DNA of 64,000 nt from an uncultured delta proteobacterium. GTDB taxonomy: Bacteria > Desulfobacterota > Desulfobacteria > Desulfobacterales > Desulfosalsimonadaceae. The stretch's first letter is position 1. The number at the start of each line of letters is the position of its first letter. Shown here one piece after another: positions 40,924 to 50,961 of this stretch. Location of the stretch: positions 288,001 through 352,000 of the forward strand of contig CAWGYD010000003.1 of assembly GCA_963826785.1 (NCBI GenBank). Direction: 5' to 3'. The translations under genes and the position numbers were made by a program. The notes under the pieces were generated by a model. The model ran no database searches and had not been told where the DNA came from. It saw only the letters and a program-made list of their open reading frames with translations.

Positions 40924-42087
40924 ATGAAAAAAACAGATTGGATGTATTACCTGCTGCTGATGATCTCGGCTGCGATTCTCTTCGGGCACGGCGTGGCCGC
41001 AGGGGCCGACGGGAACAACGGGTGCACGGCCGTGGACAATACCCCCGGGCATACGGGTCTTCAGACCGTGGCCCGGTTCGACGACCGGCTGGTGACCGGG
41101 GTGACCGTTTCCGAGGCCGGCCGGATATTCGTCAACTTCCCCTACTGGTATCCGGAGTGGTACCAGGGGGCCGTGGCCGAGGTGAATCCGGACGGCTCCG
41201 TGACCGCCTATCCCGACGACCAGTGGAATGCCTGGCGCCTGGAAAACCGGCTGGATCCGGTCAACCATTTCGTGTGCGTCCAGTCGGTGGTGGCCGATAA
41301 ACGCGGAAGCCTGTGGGTGCTCGATCCCGGGGCGCCCTGGCCTTCCGGGCACATCGAAGACGCCCCCAAACTGGTCAGGATCGATCTTGAAACCAACCAG
41401 GTGGCCAAAATCTTCAAGTTTCCTTCCGAGATCACCCCCGAAGGCTCCTATTTAAACGACGTCCGCATCGATCTGGATCATGGATATGCCTACATGACCG
41501 ACTCGGGAAAAGGGGCGCTGGTGGTGCTCGATCTGAAAACCGCACAGGCCCGCCGGGTGCTCGAAGGCCACCCGTCCACCACGGCCCAGCCCGTCACCCT
41601 GCTGATCGGGGGCCGGCCGCTGGCCGGCGGAAACGGAAAGACCCCGAAGATCAACAGCGACGGCATCGCCTATGATCCCGGGGCCGACATGCTCTATTAC
41701 CACTGCCTGACCGGATACCACACCTGGCGCGTCCCCGCAGACGTCCTCCGGACGGGCACCCCCGAACAGGTTGCATCGGCGGTCAAAGACCTGGGGTCGG
41801 ATGTGGTCACCGACGGCATGCACCTGGATGCCGAAGGCAGGCTCTACTACACCGCCCTGGAGTATGACGGCATTCTCCGGCGGGACACGGAAGGAAACAT
41901 CGCGCCGCTGATCATCGACTCCCGCCTGAAATGGCCCGACACCCTGGCCATCGGGCCGGACGGGGACCTCTATGTGACCATCTCCCAGATCCACAATACC
42001 CCGCGGTTTAGTGATCAGCCGGGCGTTCCCGGCCCCTGGGCACTCTACCGCATCAAGGCCGGCATCGGCTGGCCGGGGAAGGAGTAA
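40924..42087 (+). CDS. Exported MRJP/yellow-family beta-propeller protein
   Basis: Signal peptide; GVTVS..GRIFVNFP, CVQSVVAD, LWVLDPG, SYLNDVRID, AYMTDSG, DGIA, WPDT. Confidence 0.88.
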   Translation: MKKTDWMYYLLLMISAAILFGHGVAAGADGNNGCTAVDNTPGHTGLQTVARFDDRLVTGVTVSEAGRIFVNFPYWYPEWYQGAVAEVNPDGSVTAYPDDQWNAWRLENRLDPVNHFVCVQSVVADKRGSLWVLDPGAPWPSGHIEDAPKLVRIDLETNQVAKIFKFPSEITPEGSYLNDVRIDLDHGYAYMTDSGKGALVVLDLKTAQARRVLEGHPSTTAQPVTLLIGGRPLAGGNGKTPKINSDGIAYDPGADMLYYHCLTGYHTWRVPADVLRTGTPEQVASAVKDLGSDVVTDGMHLDAEGRLYYTALEYDGILRRDTEGNIAPLIIDSRLKWPDTLAIGPDGDLYVTISQIHNTPRFSDQPGVPGPWALYRIKAGIGWPGKE

Positions 42088-42169
42088 AGTCCTAATTATT
42101 GATGAATTCTAAAAAGGCAGAGTCAAAAACTTAAATTATTGATTATAATTGATCATAGGGAATAGGCGC

Positions 42170-42590
42170 TACACCCCCCCTGCCCCCCCTCAAGGGGGGA
42201 ATTTAAAGGATGTCGCCCCTCGGGGGGGGGAATTAAAGGGATGTGTTCCCTCGAGGGGGGGAATACGTAACACATGGCATCAGGAAACGGCAAAGTACAT
42301 GAGGGGATCGATAAATTAGAAGATATCGTCCCGGCCATCAGGTCTATCAGAATGGCTGACTCCCCCCGTTAAAGCACCCCACCCAATTCCCCCCCTTTAA
42401 AACACCCACCCAATTCCCCCCTTTAATATACCCCACTAATTCCCCCCTTGAGGGGGGCGAAGGGGGGTGTTCCGCTTGAGAAGGGCGAAGGGGGGTGTTC
42501 CTCCTGAGCGGAGCCAGAAGGGTGTTCCCCTCGGAAGCCGGGGGGGTGTTCCTCCTGAGCGGGGCCAGAGGGGTGTCCCCCTCGAGGAGG
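42170..42590. repeat. C6-TYRA-G6 palindrome cluster between convergent genes
   Basis: Multiple intact and degenerate units in both orientations. Confidence 0.8.
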
Positions 42591-42613
42591 CCTACAGGTA
42601 TTCCAGGGAGATG

Positions 42614-44360
42614 TCACCCCGAAACGACGCTGCGGATGGTTTGCAGCAGTTCGTTGCGGTTGCCGCTTTTCTTCAGATAGGCGGCGGCACCCACCTGCCG
42701 GATGGCCTCGGCCTGGTCGGCGGCATCGAACATGGACAGGCCGATGATCTTGATATCGGGGTTTTCGGCATGGATGATCCGGGTCGCCTCGATTCCATTC
42801 ATCTTGGGCATGCTGATGTCCATCAGGATCAGGTCCGGGCATAGTTCCCGGGCCATTATAATCGCATCTTCGCCGTCCGATGCTTCTCCCACCACGTCGA
42901 TGTCGGGGTAATCGGAAAGGAGCAGAGAAAGGCCCTGGCGCATGACGGAATGATCATCGACCAGCATGACCCGGATGCCGGCGCCGGATTTCTCCCGATC
43001 CGCGCCGGCACTTGATGGCCGTGTTTCCGTGTCGGCGGGCATCTTCTTCTTTGGATGTGCTTTAACGGATTCCTCGTGGATGGGGGCGAGGAGGCAAACG
43101 GTGGTCCCACGGCCCGGTGAACTGTCAATCCGGCATTTTCCGCCCATGAACTGCAGCCGCTCCCGGATGCTGAACAGTCCGAATCCCGAGGCCATTTCAT
43201 CGGGTTCATCGGCGCACCGGTCCGGATCGAATCCGGCGCCGTGATCCACCACCGTGATCCGGATATGGGCGTGGTCCGGGCAGGCCAATTCAATTTCCGC
43301 CGATAAAACGTCTGCATGTTTGACCACGTTTAGCAGCAGTTCGCGAACCGAACTGAACAACAATGTTTTGATATCCTGGCGCATGGAATCGCCGCAGCCA
43401 TCTTTATCAATGAGGTTGACCGTCAACCCGTGCTTTTCGTTCATCCAGCGGACCAGCCATTGCAGCGCCCGGAGCAGGCCGCCCTCGTAAAGAACCGGCG
43501 GCGACAGTTCAACCGTCAGGGTTCGGGAGACATCCAGCGATTCCTGCATCAGGTTTGCGGCATTTTCGATGATCCGCCAGTATTCGCCTGGGACGCGCCC
43601 TTCAAGCGTTTCCAGGCTGAACCGGGCGCCGACCAGGAGCTGCTGCAGGTGGTCGTGCAGAATCTTGGCCAGACGCCGACGCTCCCGGTGTTCGGCCATG
43701 GTCAGCTCCGAAGACAGGCGGCTCAGCTGCGCTGCCCTCAACCGGAGTTCGGAATTCTTGCCCGTGAGTTCTTCGGCATAATCTTTGAGCCGGGTTTCCG
43801 TTTTTTTCAGCTCCGTCAGATCCGTCACCACCATGCAGACGGCATCGAGTTTTTCCTCGGAGCTGAAATGACGCAGGGAGACCAGGACGGGGATCAGATC
43901 CCCTCTGCCGGTCGAAAGCCGCATTTCGGCCTTGATCCCCTCTTCCCGGAACGCCCGCCGCATGAGGTCCTCCAGCGCCTTTTCGTCCTCGGGAACCGCC
44001 AGATCCGCAAGTGATCCCCCGATGACATTCTCGATGGGCATCCGGAGCATGTCTGCAAGCCGGCGATTGCAATACAGGATGATGCCGTCTTCGGACAGAA
44101 CGATGGCCCCCTCGTTCATGGTTTCGATCATGATGCGGTAGCTCTGATCCGCCCCTGCCAGCGTATAGATCTGCTCCCCTTCCGGTCCGGGGACCACCAG
44201 GGCATCCACCCGGCCGCTGCGGATGGCATCGAGCACTTCCTCGGTCTCTTCGAGGCGCTCGCGTAGCTAGTTTTACTTCCTGAATCAGATCTTCTTTTGT
44301 TTTCTCTGAATCGGTCACGTCACTTCTCATACTATCGTAAGGGGGCTTCATATGGGTCAT
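42614..44360 (-). CDS. PAS / HisKA_3 / HATPase / REC hybrid sensor kinase; frameshift near 44270
   Basis: [57 protein letters not shown]...[10 protein letters not shown]. Confidence 0.9.
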
Positions 44361-44722
44361 GGCGCCTCTTTTGAATCCGGATGCCGGGGTCTTAAATCGA
44401 GTCCCACCAGGATCTTTTCCGTATCCGACAGGTCGCCGATAAATTTGCGCAAGGGAGACGGAAGTTTTTTGATCAGGGTGGGGGCGGCGATAATCTGCGC
44501 TTCCTTTCCCAGTTCCGGCTGCTGATAGATGTCGATCACTTCCAGGTCATAACGGCCCTTTAAATGGGTTTTGCAGATCTCCTTGATCTTCTGGATGGCC
44601 CGGAGGGATTTGGGGGTCATGCCGCTGACGTAAAGCCTGAGGACATAGGATTCCTGATCGTCTGGATGGCGCAGCAGCTCTTCGAATTTTTCGGTGGTGC
44701 TTTTCTCCGGCTGGTCGTTCAT
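44357..44722 (-). CDS. kaiB: KaiB-family protein
   Basis: [14 protein letters not shown]...LEVIDI...[23 protein letters not shown]. Confidence 0.92.
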   Translation of the reverse strand: MNDQPEKSTTEKFEELLRHPDDQESYVLRLYVSGMTPKSLRAIQKIKEICKTHLKGRYDLEVIDIYQQPELGKEAQIIAAPTLIKKLPSPLRKFIGDLSDTEKILVGLDLRPRHPDSKEAP

Positions 44723-45021
44723 GTCGATCTTCCATTGTTTTCCCGAAGATCCAACCCTACCAGCACGCGCTCGGTGTTGGAAAGATCCCCGATAATCTTG
44801 CGGATGGGTTCGGGCAGCTTGCGCACCAGCGTGGGGATGGCCAGGATCTGGTCCCCCTTGGCCAGCTGCGGATTTTCCAGCAGGTCGATGACCTCGATGT
44901 GGTAGCGCCCTTCCAGGTGCTCTTCGCAGATGTTCTTCAGATTGGCAAAGGCCGTAAGCGACTTGGACGTCTGCCCGGCCACATAGAGTCGAAGATTGTA
45001 GTATTCTTTCCCGTTGTCCAC
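44719..45021 (-). CDS. kaiB: KaiB-family protein
   Basis: [12 protein letters not shown]...[26 protein letters not shown] start after GGAGG. Confidence 0.93.
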   Translation of the reverse strand: MDNGKEYYNLRLYVAGQTSKSLTAFANLKNICEEHLEGRYHIEVIDLLENPQLAKGDQILAIPTLVRKLPEPIRKIIGDLSNTERVLVGLDLRENNGRST

Positions 45022-45050
45022 GGCCTCCCCCTTTTTTCCGATTCAAGAAT

Positions 45051-45182
45051 GATGAATCTGTAAAAAGTCCAAAGTTCGTCACTCCGGTGAAAACCGGAGT
45101 CTATAACCAACTTAGTTTGTAGTAGATTCCGGCCTCCGCCGGAATGACAAAAGCGTAAAATCCCACTTTTTACGGATTCATC
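45051..45182. mobile_element. 132-bp MITE with 18-bp TIRs and 6-bp target duplication, enclosing two CGTC-type hairpins
   Basis: GATGAATCTGTAAAAAGT ... ACTTTTTACGGATTCATC, flanked by AAGAAT on both sides. Confidence 0.85.
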
Positions 45183-45295
45183 AAGAATGATGAAGCCTTA
45201 AAATGCATTGTACCCCGATGCACGGAGTTTTTTCAGAAAGGAACTTTTGATCTTTTGATTGCATGAAGCCTAACACCCCCCCGGCCCCCCTCAAG

Positions 45296-45544
45296 GGCAT
45301 TACGTCTAACTTAACGCATAGTATCCCCCCCGTAATCATCCTTTATGTCATTCCGGCAGTCTTTTAGCCGGAATCCAATGAATAGCAAAGGGTGCCGTTT
45401 CTTTTATTTGCAAGAATGTATACCGCTGGTTGCCTGTTCATTTCGTCTTCCTGGATTCCGGCTTAAAGACTGCCGGAATGACGCTCTTAAGAGGAACGAC
45501 AAATTAGAAGATATTGCATCGGTCATTAAGTTAGCGCCTATGTC
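45296..45544 (-). mobile_element. MITE: second deletion derivative of the GIY-YIG cassette, reverse orientation
   Basis: Near-exact reverse complement of 38999..39248; 8-bp direct repeat CCCTCAAG on both sides. Confidence 0.9.
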
Positions 45545-45572
45545 CCCTCAAGGGGGGATTTGGTGTACTATT

Positions 45573-47267
45573 TCACTCCGTATCCGCCATCCTGCGATCC
45601 GCCATCTCCAGGCGGTTTTTGGAAAGGGTGTCCAGCTTTGTCGCATGATCCGACACGGTCCTTTCGATTTCTTCCTTATCGGCTTCCATCTGGAAACGCA
45701 GCGCCTCGATCCGGGATTCGATGACGCGATGCTTGCGCTCAAGCTCCCGCTTTTTGAACTCGATCTCCTTTTCCATGCGCATCACTTCCGCCTTTTCCCG
45801 GGCTTCCTGGGCGGTGCGGGCCGACCCGGTCAGCACACCGGCCGGACCGGTGTAGACATCGATCAGGTCCACGCCGCTGCCGGTGAGCAAAAATTCCCGG
45901 ACCTGGTTGGAGTGCGCCATTCCCCTGGATTTGATGATGTTGAGCACCCGGTTGCGCTCCCCCGAAGACTCGATTTCCTTCAGTATCAGCCAGGTGTCCA
46001 TCAGGGAGGAAACCCCGATATCCGTGCTTTCAAACGCCTCCCCCTGGAGGAGATGGGTGAACATGGAGGTGATCATTTTCGATTTCATCAGGTCCACCAG
46101 GCGCATGAGCGCGATTTTGACCTCTTGCGCATTCCCCACGGAGATCAGGTTGGAAATGGGGTCGAGCACCACCACCGCCGGAGAAAATTCCGTAATCGTT
46201 TTATACATCTCCGCCAGGTGCGTTTCCAGCCCGTAGAAAGTGGGGCGGATCGCCCTGAAACGCAAAAGGCCCTTTTCCTGGCATTTTTCCAGGTCGAGTC
46301 CGATGGAGTGCATGTTTCGGATAATCTGGCTGCTCGACTCCTCGAAGGCGTAATACAGGCACCGTTCATTGTTGCGGCAGGCCTCCTCTACGAAATGGCC
46401 GCAGAAACTGGTCTTTCCCGTGCCGGCCGTTCCGGAAATCAAAATACTGCTTCCCCGGAAAAACCCCTTGCCGCTGAGCATCGCATCGAGCCGGGAAATT
46501 CCCGTCGATATCCGATCCGATGAGACATCGTAGTTAAGCCCCACCGAGGTGATGGGCAAAACGGAAATCCCCCCCTCGTCGATCAGAAAGGGGTATTCAT
46601 TGGTGCCGTGGACCGTTCCGCGGTATTTCACCACCCGGAGGCGCCGGGTGGAGAGCTGATCCTTCACCCGGTGGTCGAGGACGATCACGCAGTCGGACAC
46701 GTATTCCTCCAGCCCCTGGCGGGTGAGCCCGCTTTCGGAATTCCCCCTTTCGGCGGTGATCACCGCCGTGATCCCCCGGTCCTTGAGCCATCGAAACAGC
46801 CGCCGGATCTCGGCGCGGAGGATGAATTGATTGGTAAATCCGGAAAACAGCGCCTCCAGCGTATCTAAAACCACCCGCTTGGCCCCGATGGCATCGATGG
46901 CAAATCCCATCCGGACAAAGAGCCCTTCCAGGTTGTATTCCCCCGTCTCTTCGATTTCGGAGCGTTCAACCCGGACACAGTCCAGGCTGATCTTTTTTGC
47001 CGCTTCCAGCGCTTTGAGGTCAAAACCCAGGGAGGCAAAATTGGCGGCAAGGTCGTCCTCGGATTCCTCGAAGCTCATGAACATGCCGGGCTCCCCGAAT
47101 TCCGTTGCCCCCCGGACCAGAAATTCCATTCCGAAAAGGGTCTTGCCGCTGCCCGCCCCGCCGCAGACCAGCGCCGGCCGCCCCCGGGGAAGCCCGCCAT
47201 GCGTAATTTCATCAAAACCCTTGATGCCGGAGGGCGATTTGGGAAGCATTGCGATGGGGTGATTCAT
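45573..47267 (-). CDS. kaiC: KaiC-family double-domain ATPase with coiled-coil tail
   Basis: GGAGSGKT and GTAGTGKT Walker A motifs, EEYVSD, KYRG, SSLMDT, KSRGMAHS. Confidence 0.95.
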   Translation of the reverse strand: MNHPIAMLPKSPSGIKGFDEITHGGLPRGRPALVCGGAGSGKTLFGMEFLVRGATEFGEPGMFMSFEESEDDLAANFASLGFDLKALEAAKKISLDCVRVERSEIEETGEYNLEGLFVRMGFAIDAIGAKRVVLDTLEALFSGFTNQFILRAEIRRLFRWLKDRGITAVITAERGNSESGLTRQGLEEYVSDCVIVLDHRVKDQLSTRRLRVVKYRGTVHGTNEYPFLIDEGGISVLPITSVGLNYDVSSDRISTGISRLDAMLSGKGFFRGSSILISGTAGTGKTSFCGHFVEEACRNNERCLYYAFEESSSQIIRNMHSIGLDLEKCQEKGLLRFRAIRPTFYGLETHLAEMYKTITEFSPAVVVLDPISNLISVGNAQEVKIALMRLVDLMKSKMITSMFTHLLQGEAFESTDIGVSSLMDTWLILKEIESSGERNRVLNIIKSRGMAHSNQVREFLLTGSGVDLIDVYTGPAGVLTGSARTAQEAREKAEVMRMEKEIEFKKRELERKHRVIESRIEALRFQMEADKEEIERTVSDHATKLDTLSKNRLEMADRRMADTE

Positions 47268-47380
47268 AGAGCCACACCTTTCTTGTCATTGATTCCAGAT
47301 TCAAAGAACGAAAAAATAGCACCCAATTGACTGAAAGTAAAGTATATGATTGAAAAAATGCGCTGATCCGTCACCCCGTT

Positions 47381-48091
47381 TCATGCGAACAAAACAGCGA
47401 ACAAATCGGATACGGCGCCGCCCGCATCCGCAAAAAGCGATCCGGCCATTGCGATCATGATCATCCCGGAGACCAGGTCCGAATAGTGCCGGTACTTGAT
47501 GCCGATGCGGGAAAAGCCGGTGCCGAAGATCATCAGGGCCGGCAGGGTGCCCGCGCCGAAGGCCGCCGCCAGCATCCCCCCCCGGATCGTCCCGCCGGCG
47601 GCCAGGGCCCGGGAAAAGGCGGCATAGGACAGCCCGCAGGGCAGAAACCCCATCATCAGGCCCAGCAGCCCCATGCTTGCATTGCTCTTCGTTTTAAGGA
47701 CGGAGCCGATCACGCCGCGCAATCCCGGTATTTTCGACGGCTTCGCCGTGCCCATCCAGGCGGGCTCGGCGAAAAACCCCAGGCGGGACAGACCGAAAAT
47801 CAGCAGAAAGACGGCCGCTGCAATGGAAAATCCCACCTGTATCCGGGCGATCCAGGCCAGCGGCGCCACCCCGCTGTTCCGGGCCAGCCTCGAAATCCCC
47901 GCGCCGATGCCCCCCATGACCATGCCGGCAGCCGCATAGGTGGCCAGGCGGCCGGAATGGTAGAACAGGTGGGCGGAAAACCGGCCGGCCCCCGCCGGAA
48001 AGACCAGCACCAGCGGCCCGCACATCCCCACGCAGTGCCCGGCCCCAAACAGCCCCAGCAAAAACATCGAGGTGATATCCAGATGACTCAT
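47381..48091 (-). CDS. TauE/SafE-like (DsbD_2) membrane protein
   Basis: GHCVGMCGP, GRLATY, FLPCGLSY, FGAGTLP. Confidence 0.85.
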   Translation of the reverse strand: MSHLDITSMFLLGLFGAGHCVGMCGPLVLVFPAGAGRFSAHLFYHSGRLATYAAAGMVMGGIGAGISRLARNSGVAPLAWIARIQVGFSIAAAVFLLIFGLSRLGFFAEPAWMGTAKPSKIPGLRGVIGSVLKTKSNASMGLLGLMMGFLPCGLSYAAFSRALAAGGTIRGGMLAAAFGAGTLPALMIFGTGFSRIGIKYRHYSDLVSGMIMIAMAGSLFADAGGAVSDLFAVLFA

Positions 48092-48119
48092 GATGGATCG
48101 CCTTTGATCCCTATTTTAA

Positions 48120-48198
48120 TATTCGATGTTCGATGTTCGATGTTGAACGTTGAACTTCGAACGTCGAACGCTGAACGCTGAACGCTGAACATCGAATG
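48120..48198. repeat. Heptamer tandem repeats in inverted arrangement
   Basis: (TTCGATG)3 ... (TGAACGC)3 ... AACATCGAAT. Confidence 0.8.
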
Positions 48199-48546
48199 TT
48201 AACGATGATTAGTTGACATTAATTATTGTTAAAGTCGCGTATTTCCGGGAGAACACCCCCCGGCCCCCCTCAAGGGGGGAATTTTCACTTATGACACTGA
48301 CGGGGAGTTTGAGCCGATCCCACTGCGCGGCCCTTTCCGTCATTTCCGGTCGGAGAAGGAACCCGGTGAATCCCGCAATCCAAATCCCCCCTGGAGGGGG
48401 GCGAAGGGGGGTGTCCGGCCCATTTGACAACCCCGGCCCAGCGGACTACTTATTTTACGTCCGTTGCCGATATTTTTCAAAAATTCCGGGGTGCGGGACG
48501 GATTTCAAAATTTCGTCTTCGCACCCCGCAGCCAAGGAGATTTTCC

Positions 48547-49350
48547 ATGAAGAAAATATACGTCATCTTATTCTGCCTGACAATTTTACTGGCCCCCGTG
48601 TTCCTTTGCGCGTGCGGCGAGGACGGGACCGAGTCGGCCACCCCGGAAGAGCAACCCGGGCGGGTGGTGAAACCCGACAGCGGCGCCGCAAAAGAGCAAA
48701 GGCGGATGCCGGAATCGGATATGACCATGCCGCAGAACACCGGGATACCCGGTCACGAGCGCCCTGAAACCGCCGTGCCCCAGCCCCCGGAAATCGAGGG
48801 CCAGAACCCCCAGGATCAACCGCCGGCGACCCGGGAAGAAAATTCCGAGAACGACCAGGTGACCCCCCAGCTGTTCGATGACCGGCCGGTGCCCGGGGTG
48901 TTGCCGTTAGATGAGAACGACATCCTGCAGGTCAGCGACACCGACCGCTGCCCGGTCTGCGCCATGCAGGTGGCCAAACACCCGAAATCCGCCGCCGCCA
49001 TCGTGCTTGCGGACGGCACCACCTGGTATTTCTGCGGCACCGGGTGCATGCTCAAGTCCTGGATGCACCCGGAGATCTATCTGGGCGTTCAATCGGGCGA
49101 TCTTGAAAAACCGGTGGTGCAGGAATATTTCACCGGCGCCCCGGTGGATGCCCGGGAGGTGAAATGGGTGGCCGGGTCCGATGTCATCGGGCCCATGGGC
49201 CCCTCCCTGGTGCCGGTCGACATGGCGCAGCTGGCGGCATTTCAGGCGCGCCACGGGGGGGCCACGGTATTTTCCCTGGCGGACCTGGATGATGCCAGGT
49301 GGAAACAAATCACCGGCAAAGACATCGTCTCCGCCAAAATGTCCGAGTAA
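48547..49350 (+). CDS. NosL-family lipoprotein
   Basis: Lipobox LCAC, CPVCAM, FCGTGCM, GSDVIGPMG, F..RHGG. Confidence 0.85.
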   Translation: MKKIYVILFCLTILLAPVFLCACGEDGTESATPEEQPGRVVKPDSGAAKEQRRMPESDMTMPQNTGIPGHERPETAVPQPPEIEGQNPQDQPPATREENSENDQVTPQLFDDRPVPGVLPLDENDILQVSDTDRCPVCAMQVAKHPKSAAAIVLADGTTWYFCGTGCMLKSWMHPEIYLGVQSGDLEKPVVQEYFTGAPVDAREVKWVAGSDVIGPMGPSLVPVDMAQLAAFQARHGGATVFSLADLDDARWKQITGKDIVSAKMSE

Positions 49351-49365
49351 GCCGCCTTTTTCCTC

Positions 49366-49677
49366 ATGGATTGCGATCCCGCCCATACCGACCGGTTCGA
49401 TGCGGCCGTGCTGCTGATCAAGGCCGTTCTCATCATCTTCGTATTTGCCGCTGTTCTGATCCTGCTTTCCGCCCGTTTCCAGCACGCCTTGAATGACGGC
49501 CGGGCAGAAGCCCTGGTTTCCCTGCTCAACCTGTCCGCCCCCGCGCTGGTGCCCTCCGGCCGGGCCGCCAGGCATCCGGAAATCCCGGATGCAGGTGCGA
49601 GCGCTCGATTTTCACCCGAAATTTTTATCCCCGACCCGGACCCCATGCGCATGGTCTTCCGGGGGACGTCCCCATGA
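49366..49677 (+). CDS. Small membrane protein, hypothetical
   Basis: One TM helix; overlaps the next ATG (ATGA); LSAPALVPSGR motif. Confidence 0.55.
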   Translation: MDCDPAHTDRFDAAVLLIKAVLIIFVFAAVLILLSARFQHALNDGRAEALVSLLNLSAPALVPSGRAARHPEIPDAGASARFSPEIFIPDPDPMRMVFRGTSP

Positions 49678-50810
49678 ATTTTCATTTCCGCCCCCTTTAT
49701 GTGTGGGCGGCCCGTGACCTGCTGCGCCGTCCTGGTGAGGCCCTCCTGCTCACAGGGGTGCTCGCCCTGGTCATCATGGTCGCCGCAGCCGCCCTGCTGC
49801 TGACCCGCGCCCTGTCCGACACTGCCCTGAAAATCATCGATGCGGGGCCGTCTTTGGTCATCCGCAGGACCGGGCCCGGCGGGTGGCAGCCCATGGAGGC
49901 CCAAACCGCGGTGGCGGCGGCTGCCGTCGTTGCCGGGGTGATCCATCCCCGGCCCCGGGTGTGGGGATTGGTGCGTGCGGGCGATACGCAACTCACCCTG
50001 GTGGGGATGGAAAAGCCGGCGGGGGCACTGGCCAATGCCGGCGCGCCCGGCCGGGGCCAGGCCATTGCCGGACCGGCTGCCGGGTGCGCGCCGGGAGACA
50101 CGCTGATTCTGACCGGGCAGCACACGCAATCGTTTACCGTGATCGCCACCTTTGAGCGCTTTGTTGCCGCAGCGGTCCAGGACGTGGTGCTGGTCGGGGC
50201 CGATGACGCCCGAAAGGTGCTGGGCCTGCCCCCGGGATATGCCACCGATCTGGCTGTTGACGTTTTTCATGACGGGGAGCAGGACGCCATCCTTCCCGAT
50301 CTTCTAAACGCCTTCGAATTTCCGGTGCGCATCGCCACCCGGCAGAGCACTGCGGGCTGGTATGCGGCATCCTATGCCATGCGCGGCGGCCTCTTCATGA
50401 CGGCGCTGATCCCTTCGGTGCTGGCCCTGGTGCTGATCATGATCTATTCCGGCCGGGAAGGCGCCGGACGGAAGCAGGAGATCGGACTCTTAAAATCCAT
50501 GGGATGGACCACCAAAGACATCGCCGCCCTCCAAATGACCCGTGCGGCCATCATCGGTCTTGCGGCTTCGGCCATCGGCATGGCCGCGGCATACGCCCTG
50601 GTCTTTTTTCCCGGCGCTACCTGGCCGGCGGCCTTCTTCTTCGGCTGGCAGCAGCATCCCCCCGCCTTGTTTCCCGATCCTGCCGGGGCGTTGGCGGTGC
50701 TGGTCCAGGTTTGCGCCCTCGTGGTCGCCCCCTTTGCCGCAGCCGGCCTGCTGTCCGCCCTGAGATATGCATCCGCCGCGCCCATGGATATGATCGACGG
50801 GGAAGCCTGA
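49674..50810 (+). CDS. FtsX/LolE-type ABC permease
   Basis: RKQEIGLLKSMGWT; 1+3 TM topology. Confidence 0.85.
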   Translation: MNFHFRPLYVWAARDLLRRPGEALLLTGVLALVIMVAAAALLLTRALSDTALKIIDAGPSLVIRRTGPGGWQPMEAQTAVAAAAVVAGVIHPRPRVWGLVRAGDTQLTLVGMEKPAGALANAGAPGRGQAIAGPAAGCAPGDTLILTGQHTQSFTVIATFERFVAAAVQDVVLVGADDARKVLGLPPGYATDLAVDVFHDGEQDAILPDLLNAFEFPVRIATRQSTAGWYAASYAMRGGLFMTALIPSVLALVLIMIYSGREGAGRKQEIGLLKSMGWTTKDIAALQMTRAAIIGLAASAIGMAAAYALVFFPGATWPAAFFFGWQQHPPALFPDPAGALAVLVQVCALVVAPFAAAGLLSALRYASAAPMDMIDGEA

Positions 50811-50961
50811 AGGGAAAATTGACGGGAAATCGTGAAGTGAGAGGAAGTGAGAGCGTGAAGTGAGAGCGTGACGGGGTCTGCGTTCTCCCCCCTTTCGCAA
50901 AGGGGGGCGGGGGGGATTTTGGACACCCCGATTAACAATAAGGGCCTATCAGACCCTGAAC

